Of a stretch of DNA of 64,000 bases, positions 26,232 to 35,000 are shown one piece after another; within the stretch, counting starts at the first letter, position 1, and every line of letters begins with the position of its first letter. Both the position numbers and the translations under genes were made by a program. The stretch is taken from NCBI GenBank assembly GCA_964057225.1, contig OZ059895.1, forward strand, positions 12,090,001 through 12,154,000, written 5' to 3'. The notes beneath the pieces were generated by a model. It was given only the letters and a program-made list of their open reading frames with translations, did not search any database and was not told where the DNA came from. The stretch is from Auanema rhodensis (taxonomy: Eukaryota; Animalia; Nematoda).

Positions 26232-26350
26232 GCTTACGACCATACCACGTTGAAAGTACGCCATCCCGTCCGATCTGGCAAGTCAAGCAACGTTGGGCCC
26301 GGTTAGTACTTGGATCGGAGACGGCTTGGGAATCCTGGGTGCCGTAAGCT
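26232..26350 (+). rRNA. 5S rRNA
   Basis: Full copy. Confidence 0.95.
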
Positions 26351-27160
26351 TTTCAAATTTTTTTAACGATCATGCCACGTTGAAAGTACGCCATGCAGCT
26401 GATTTTCAATTTTATCTCTTCCGTAACAAATGTTTTTAATTTTCCAGCAGTTTTACTTAGATAGCTCAACCCAAGGCATCAAAATATCTTCAATCTTATT
26501 TCTATATTACAGTTATAAACCAGTAGTTTATGAACCTTCATCTTAACTTTACTGTTTCTATCTATTTCCTATTGAAACAAACGTTGTTTAAACACTATAC
26601 AACTGTGAAACCTTTTTTAATTTATTGTATTTGGAGCTCATAAGATTTGATATCATCGAGGGATTTAGATGTAACGTAGAAAATTACATAACTAACATAA
26701 AATTGGAAAAAAAAACAATAACGAGGATAAGTATGTAAATCATTGAATATCAGATATTTTCGCTTACGACCAAACCACGTTGAAAGTACGCCATGCAGCT
26801 GATTCTCAATTTCATCTCTTCCGTAACAAATGTTTTCAATTTTCCAGCAGTTTTACTTAGATAGCTCAACCCAAGGCATCAAAATATCTTCAATCTTATT
26901 TCTTTATTACAGTTATAAACCAGTAGTTTATGAACCTTCATCTTAACTTTACTGTTTCTATCTATTTCCTATTGAAACAAACATTGTTTAAACACTATAC
27001 AACTGTGAAACCTTTTCTAATTTATTGTATTTGGATCTCATAAGATTTGATATCATCGAGGGATTTAGATGTTACGTAGAAAATTACATAACTAACATGA
27101 AATTGGAAAAAAAACAATAACGAGGACAAGTATGTAAATCATTGAATATCAGATATTTTC

Positions 27161-27279
27161 GCTTACGACCATACCACTTTGAAAGTACGCCATCCCGTCC
27201 GATCTGGCAAGTCAAGCAATGTTGGGCCCGGTTAGTACTTGGATTGGAGACGGCTTGGGAATCCCGGGTGCCGTAAGCT
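27161..27279 (+). rRNA. 5S rRNA
   Basis: Full copy, 3 substitutions. Confidence 0.92.
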
Positions 27280-27621
27280 TTTCAAATTTTTTTAACGATC
27301 ATGCCACGTTGAAAGTACGCCATGCAGCTGATTTTCAATTTTATCACTTCCGTAACAAATGTTTTCAATTTTCCAGCAGTTTTACTTAGATAGCTCAACC
27401 CAAGGCATTAAAATATCTTCAATCTTATTTCTATATTACAGTTATAAACCAGTAGTTTATGAACCTTCATCTTAACTTTACTGTTTCTATCTATTTCCTA
27501 TTGAAACAAACATTGTTTAAACACTATACAACTGTGAAACCTTTTTTAATTTATTGTATTTGGATCTCATAAGATTTGATATCATCGAGGGATTTAGATG
27601 TAACGTAGAAAATTACATAAC

Positions 27622-27961
27622 CGTTCCATATTGGTTCCTAGGGTTCCGGCTAGGTAACCATATGGACTTTAATAGTGTGAATGCCATTGTAAAAGTAACA
27701 GAGAGTAGAGAAAAAGAAGTTTTATTCAGAATATGGAAATACAATTATAAAAGCAAAATACAATAATCAAATAAATGAAACTACATGTTATGAGAAAGCC
27801 AACCTAGTTGCTTTCTCAGGGGTTTATATAGCAAAATATTAATTACAAATATAATTGAATTTATACAAAAAGTAGTTCAGGTCTAGTTTCTTATTGAATT
27901 CTATTAACCAAAAGTCGGTTGACGTTGTCAACCGCCTTCTTTATAAGACACGTATGGAACA
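27622..27961 (-). repeat. 3' LTR of Gypsy B
   Basis: Direct repeat of 39021-39360. Confidence 0.96.
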
Positions 27962-28184
27962 TGCCTTATATTGAAAAAGTAGCTGACCTCAGCTATAAGA
28001 AATTAGACCTTTTAAGGAAAAGAAACAAAAGAGAAAAATATATATATAAATGAATTAGAATTAGAATACTAGAATAGGAATAATAGTGTAATAGGAATAA
28101 TATTAAAAAAATGAAAACAATATAAAAAGAAAAAGAAAAGAAAAGAAAAGAGAAGAAAAACTATGAATTCACCTCGTGCAGCTG

Positions 28185-28820
28185 TTATCCTTCTTCCTCC
28201 TCGATTTGTCCCAGCTGGAAGTCGGTCGCGGGTTGCCGGTCGGCGACCGTCCATATGTGGAACAGGCTGACGTCTGTCAGCAGTTCCGTCGCCTGGCCTG
28301 CTATCATCATTTTCTTTCTTTTCTGGTCCGGAGTGGTGGCGCGCGTCGCCATTAGTATCCTTAAGGCCTGGCTGATCAGGTCTCCCGCCTTCCTAATCGA
28401 CTGGTTAGTCGATTCCATCATACTTTCTTCTGTCCAGCTCTTGTGGATCTCTTCCGCGGCCCATCTTGGGATGAGATCCGCGCTAGCTACATTTTCGGAG
28501 GCTGGATAGCCTAGATCTTCGCGTAGTTTGTTGATGGTGGCCTTGGTGCGGGCAGTGGCCTCGGACCAGTTTTGCGCCATTTTGGCCATCTCTTCTTCAT
28601 CATTGTTACATGAACATTGTAACCTTTCCAGAGTCTCTATTAATAGAGTAACTCTGGCTAAATTCTCCGAAAATGATTGGAGGATTCTTATCTTTTTAGT
28701 CCTGTTGTTTGTTGTCTCCAGTTGTTGTAGTTCTATCTGGAGCGAATGTATCTTGATCCACTTTTCCTTGATCATCGCGATAGGTGTCTCGCAGGCTGGT
28801 GGAGGGAAGACGAGTGCCAT
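28185..28820 (-). CDS. Accessory ORF downstream of pol, 211 aa, helical/coiled-coil-like
   Basis: ATG-initiated GC-richer island between AT-rich flanks; TATATAAG ~45-50 bp upstream. Confidence 0.65.
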   Translation of the reverse strand: MALVFPPPACETPIAMIKEKWIKIHSLQIELQQLETTNNRTKKIRILQSFSENLARVTLLIETLERLQCSCNNDEEEMAKMAQNWSEATARTKATINKLREDLGYPASENVASADLIPRWAAEEIHKSWTEESMMESTNQSIRKAGDLISQALRILMATRATTPDQKRKKMMIAGQATELLTDVSLFHIWTVADRQPATDFQLGQIEEEEG

Positions 28821-29042
28821 TCTTGTGGTGCTGGGAGGTTTTCTGCTTGAGGTGAATTTTGAGCTTATATAGGGTGAAAAAAAATAGGTAAGTATATATT
28901 TTGTGATACATAGATATTAAGATTGATGATTGGGGAAAACATTGTTTTTGTTGTTTGGGTAGCAGATAGAATGAATTATTGTAAATTAATAAAAAAAAAA
29001 TCAATGAATAAAGTTATTTTCCCAAAAAGTTTCTATTTTTGA

Positions 29043-32000
29043 TTAAATGGTTGTTGTTGCTCCAATCACTGTCGAAGGTCGTTTCTTTCGTACAACCGGT
29101 GTTTTTGGTGAATTGAAATGAGCATCAGGTATCTGAGAGCGTGTGAGCCTGTTTTTAGACTCTAAGGTGGGTATCACGCTGTTGTACCTTATTGGTACGT
29201 GGAATGGTTTTGGAGCGGTTATAGGATTTTTGTCTTCTATTCCAAGTGCCAACTTGAGGGCTGAGCTCCATCTTTTGGTTGTGGGTAGCTCTTTACGTCT
29301 CTCTTCATAGAGCTCTTGCCTTGTTTCTTCTCCAATTTTATCGACAAGTTGTTGAAATAAGTTGTTTTCGTCCTTGTCCGTAGCTGACTTGTCTGCCGTA
29401 TTCGGTCCGGTTTCTGCTTGATAATTGTCCTGTTGTGTTTCCCGCGTAATTTCCTGTGGCGCTATTGTTTCTTGTGGTGTTATTGAAGGTCGGCTTTGTT
29501 CGTAGAATTCGTCCTCGTTGTCGCTTTCTGAATCAGAGATTGATGTTGTAGTGGGCGTGCTATTTTTAGCGCGCGTATTTTCCGTATCCTGCTGTGAGCC
29601 GTCGCTATAAATGGCGGGTGCGGAGTCGTTTCTGTTGTGCTCGCTTTCTTCGACGTTGTTATCGTCGGGTGGAAAGTATCTTATATTATTCTTGTGAGCT
29701 ATAATCGTATTCCCTTCGCTATCTGCTAATATTACGTTATTTCCTTTTATTTCCTTGATTATATATGGTCCATCGCTTGTTGTTTGTAATTTATTTGCTG
29801 GCTTTGCTCGCTTGACGAGTGCTCTATTTTCCACGAAGATCTCTCTTTCCTGCGTCCTGTGATTTTCGTCGTATTTCTTCTTCATTCTTTCATTATTCAA
29901 CTCTATCCTTTCATGAATCTTCTCGTGTAAGTCAGGGGCGTTCTTGATTGTGGCTCCTGGAGTTTCTAAGTCCTTATCTATTGGTAACCGAGCTGTTTGT
30001 CCAAACAGACAGTCGTAGGGTGGTGTGCGAGTAGTAGCGTTTGGTAGTCGATTCATCGTAAAAACAATTTTTGGTAGAATAATATCCCAATTGTCTTGAT
30101 CGTCATTAACGTAGGAAGTTAATGCTTCTTCCAGTGTTCTGTGTAGCCGTTCCACTTGACCATTTGCGTTTTTGTAGTATGGCATAGTTGTGTGATGTTC
30201 CGATCCAAGATTATCGCACATGCTTTTGAATTCGTGTGAGACAAAGTTTGATCCATTGTCTGTGATGATTTTCTTTGGGGGTCCGAAGACATAGAATAAG
30301 TGTGTCATAATAGCTGATACTATTTCTTCTGATGTCTGACGAATTAATGGTATCGCTATAATCCATTTGGAAAATGCGTCCTGTATAGATAAAATGTATC
30401 TATTATCCTTTGCAGTTCTAGGTAATGGTCCTAGTATGTCCATATGAACTCGTTCCCATGGATGTGTCACTGTTGGGAAGTTTCTCATTGGTTCAACTGT
30501 GGCTTCATGTGGGTTATTTTTCCTCTTTGCACAGTCGAGACATCTGTTCACATATCTTGTGATATCATCCTGTATTCCTGTCCAAGTGTACCGTCGCAAA
30601 ATGGAGTCTTGAGTCTTATTGATTCCAAGATGTGCTCCGAGAATTGGGTCTTTATGAAATTTTTCTATAATTGGTATTGTGATTGCTGGATCGTTTGGTA
30701 GAATGGCTCGCGGAGTTTGTAAAGCTGTTTTGGGTTTTGCATACAGAGCGTCGTTCACAACGATATATCGATCCATTAGTTGCCTTCCTGCTGTTTTGTT
30801 CCGAATCTTTTCTTTTGTTTCCTTGATCCATTCTGTATTGCCTTGAATGGTCCGAAGGTCCGTAATAGTTGAAATAGTCGAGATTTTGTGTGTAGGAGTT
30901 TCTTTTGGTTTCTTCTTTCTTTCCTTGGCTTCGTTGACTTCGTCTTCAAAATATCGTGAAAGTGCATCACAGACGCTGTTAAGACGTCCTGGGCGATACA
31001 CTATCTCGATGTCGTATTCTTGTAATAAGATTTGAAATTTTGCTAGCCTGCCAATGAGATCTTTTCTTGTCATGAGGCTAGTAAGAGGCCTGTGATCGGT
31101 AATGATTCTTATTGGTGTGCCTAGTATGTAAGTCCGAAATTGATGTACTGCGAAAGTGAGTGCTAAGGCTTCGATTTCAATTGGCGGGTAATTCCGTTCG
31201 GCTTTGTTCAGTTTTCGGCTGGCAAATGCAATTGGGTGAAGTGGTTCCTTGTCGTCTTTAGCCTGTAATAGTACTGCGCCAACTGCAATTATACTTCCAT
31301 CGCTTTCAATGACGTAAGGTCGTTTTGCTATAGGTGCTTGTAGTACAGGAGCTTGACAGAGTATCTGTTTAAGTTGTTGAAATGCTTGTTCTTCTGCATC
31401 TCCCCATTTGAAAGCTGTATCCTTTTTCGTGAGCTCATAAAGTGGTGACGCAATGCCTGCGGCATTTCTAATAAATCTGCGAAAGTAGTTCACAACTCCC
31501 ATAAATGCTCGAACTCCTGTTATTGATTTTGGTCTTGGATAATCTTGGATTGCTTTTACTTTCTGAGGGTCTGGTTTTATTCCTTCGTGTCCAACAATGA
31601 ATCCTAGGAATTTGACTTCTTGTTGTCCAAAGGTACATTTCTTAAGCTTGATTTTTAATCCTAGCTCTGCTGATGCGTTCAGTACTTCGTCGATATCTTG
31701 TAAATGTTTCGTCGTTGATTCCGATATGAGAAGTAGATCGTCGAGATAGACGAAGAGCTTGCATCGTACGTGTTGTTGTAAATATCGTACAGCATTTTGG
31801 AATGTGTGTGGAGCTCCGCAGAGTCCCATCGGCATTCTGCAGTATTGATAAGTTCCGCTCGTAGTAGTGAATGCGGTGAGGTGTCTATCTTCTGATCTAA
31901 GAGGGATTTGAAAGAATCCAGATACTAGATCAAAGTTACTGAAGATACGCGCTCCGGCTGCTAGGTCCAAGATGTCTTGAATGTTAGATATAACGTAGAT

Positions 32001-35000
32001 TTGTTTTTGCGTTATTGCGTTGAGTGCTCGAAAATCAGTCACAAATCTGTACGTTTTATCCTTTTTCTTGACCAATATTACGGGACTGGTAGTCATAGAA
32101 AAAGATGGCTCAATTATTCCTTGTTCTAACATTTCCTCCACTTGTTTTTCTACTTCTTCTTGTTGTGATAGAGGTATTCTGTACGTGATCTTGAAAGATG
32201 GAACTTTTCCTTCGATGATCGGGATGCTATGTTCCACTGGTCCTTTGAAAAGTCCAATATTGCGATCCTCGTTTAAGAAAGCTTCCTTGTTTCTGAGCAC
32301 TATTTTCTTTAACTGTTGTCTCTCTAGCTGAGTAAAGATGGTGTTTGTTACATCGAGGTCTTTTATAAAGTCCTCTGGGAAGTATGGTAGTTGATCTTCC
32401 CATCTTGCTTCTGGTGGCACATATTGTCCTTTTTGCTCCTCCGTGTTTTTCGGGATAGCGTAAGCTGTTCCAATGCCTTGATTTGTCTGTACTACAATTG
32501 TGTCTGGAGAGATATTTGTAGCAAATATCTGAACTCCATATCCCGTTGGGGTGAAAGTAGTAGGGGCGAAACTCATTTTTCCTGTCCGCTGTGAGCTTCT
32601 AATGAAAGCTTGTTCGTAAGAGGCGGGATCGTCTACTTCCAATGTAAGCGATCTGGTTTCTCCTGGGTAGAACTGTTTAGTTTCCAGGCTTACGACGTGT
32701 GCTATCGTGTGGTTCTCAGTCCATGGCGCGTAGTCTTGTGCTAAAGGTACTATTGTGTCTCCAATTAGTAGTGAATTTTGTAGTGGTCGTAAAGATGTAT
32801 TTATTCCTATTTTGTTGAGAGCTTCTATGAAGTCTATTCCTAATAATATTGGTGCTGGGCAGTGGTTGTTGGCAGAAATCAGTACTTTGTGCTCGATTTC
32901 TGTCTTCCCGATAATAGTTGGGATTCTTGTGTAGCCCAGGAAAGAAAATCGTGATTTGTTTGCTACAATGGCTGTTGTCTTTTCCATAACCATTGTTGCT
33001 GCCGGTAGTTGTTGAAATGTACTTTCCTTCATGTATGATATAGAAGCTCCTGTGTCCCATAAAGCAGTAAAGATCTGATTGTGAATGGAGAGAGGTACGA
33101 AAGGTAGTCGTGATCCTCCGATGTAGTTAATCCTTGATTCTTTCATAGCGTACCGTGGTAGATAGGCGAAAAAGTCATTATCTGATAGTGGGGCGTCAGG
33201 ATCATATCGAGAGGTTCTTGTATATAATTTCTCTTGCTGAGAAGTGACTAGTGGTTTTAATTCGAATTGTTTGTCCTCTCCTCTTGGTTCTTCGTCTTGT
33301 TCGTTGAATGTGATTTGATTGATTGGTATCCTTGTGGTACATGCATATATTTTTAATGCCCAAATGGTAACAGTTATGAGTCCTATTGTGACGATGATTG
33401 CTCCAATAATAGCTAGTGTCCTTAGTATCCATGCTGTAATTGATTCTCCTATGTATCCAAAGAAATTTGTGATTTGTTTCTCCGCGTTGTTTGATATGTT
33501 ATCTGCTATCATTAATGTCGTTCCAACTGTTCCTCCTATAATTCCTATTGGATTCAGATTGGATAGTCCAGAATGTTTGAAGACTGGTTTCAATTTTCCT
33601 GGCATAGTTGCTTGTAAAGATGCTAGGCTAGAGCCGTAGGAAATAGCCAGTGCCATTGGAAATGTTGACTCCGTGAGGTTTGAAAATATGTTGGAATTGT
33701 TAAACTTAATGTGATCAATTTTTACAGATGTGAGTTCATCCGAAAATGAGAAGTTAGTCACATTCAATGTTGAATTATCTTTCATCCATTGATTGTTTTC
33801 TCTGTAGGGATCTGATGTAGCCATATCGCATGCTATGATGTGGGCAAATGGTGTTAAATCTCTTGATCCTGGTGTGATGAAGAGTTTTCCGTGATGTTCC
33901 GTGTCTACCGGTGTCTCCAGGTAACATTTATCGTCTCGTTGTTTGTGATCCGAGTATACACGTGTTACTTGTACAGGGGTGCATGGCATGACGTAAATAA
34001 GATGTTCTCCAACAAACTTTGCTGAAATATCCTGTCGACGAAGCATAGTGCGAATTCCTATAGTCGGATTAATCTGCAGGATTGCCCACCAGGTAAGTAG
34101 CTGCTTAGTTTGCATTCTGCATACGTTTTTCTTTGTTATTTGGAAAGATTGTAAGATTTCCTCCTCTAGTTTTGACGTAGAGTATTGGAGGTGGGACCTT
34201 GTATCTTGTTGGCGTAGTTGATCGTCGTATTTTTGAATGATATCTGCTCGTGTTCGTAGGAAATTGAGGTGTGCTTGTGATCCAGTGTGAGATTTGATTT
34301 CCTCAATCGGTTGGGTCGTTGTTGCTCGCTTTGTAGTAGTCCGAGTTGTTGGAAGTGTCCTAGTAGATTCCCTGCGGGATGTGGTGGTGAGAGGACGTGG
34401 TGGTGGAGTTACTGGAGTTGTTGTACTCTGGTAATAATAATATCTCCTTGGTGTAGTTGTAGGTTGAGGTGGAGACGTCCGATGAGTAGTAGTTGTCGGG
34501 GCAGTTGTTGTGGTAGTCGATGTAGTGGTTGTGGTGGTTGTAGTAGTGGTGGTTGTGGGGCTAGCACCAGGTGACTCAATGAGCTGAAGATATGCTTGTT
34601 GAAATAATTTGCTGTCTTCATCCGTGATAGGTCTGATTGTAGGTTGATTTTTGGGCAACCCATAATTTTGTGCGTGTCCGTTGAAGATGAGGGTATAGTT
34701 GGGAAAGACGATTGCTGACGAATTTGCCTGTTTTGTGAGATCTGCCCATTTCTTATTTTCTGTCTCTCTTTGTTCTTTTGATATCCGAGTTAGACGATTG
34801 TTTTGCTCTAGATAATCAAGAAACTCCTGTATTTGATCCATCTGGGTGTAGAACTGTGTGTCAGTGCGTGATCTAGGCAGTTTTGTCATCCTGGGTGGGT
34901 ACAGTTGGTACAGATAGTCCTCCATTGATGGAATAGTCTCTCCTGTTGCCAGAGTGGTAGGTGTGTGAGCTATTTCAATTGCTATTTGTCTTGCTCGGTC

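Larger units (their letters stand above)
24912..27621 (+). repeat. 5S rDNA array block 2 (3 full genes, 2 stubs; 929-bp dimer)
   Basis: Alternating full and deleted units. Confidence 0.95.
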
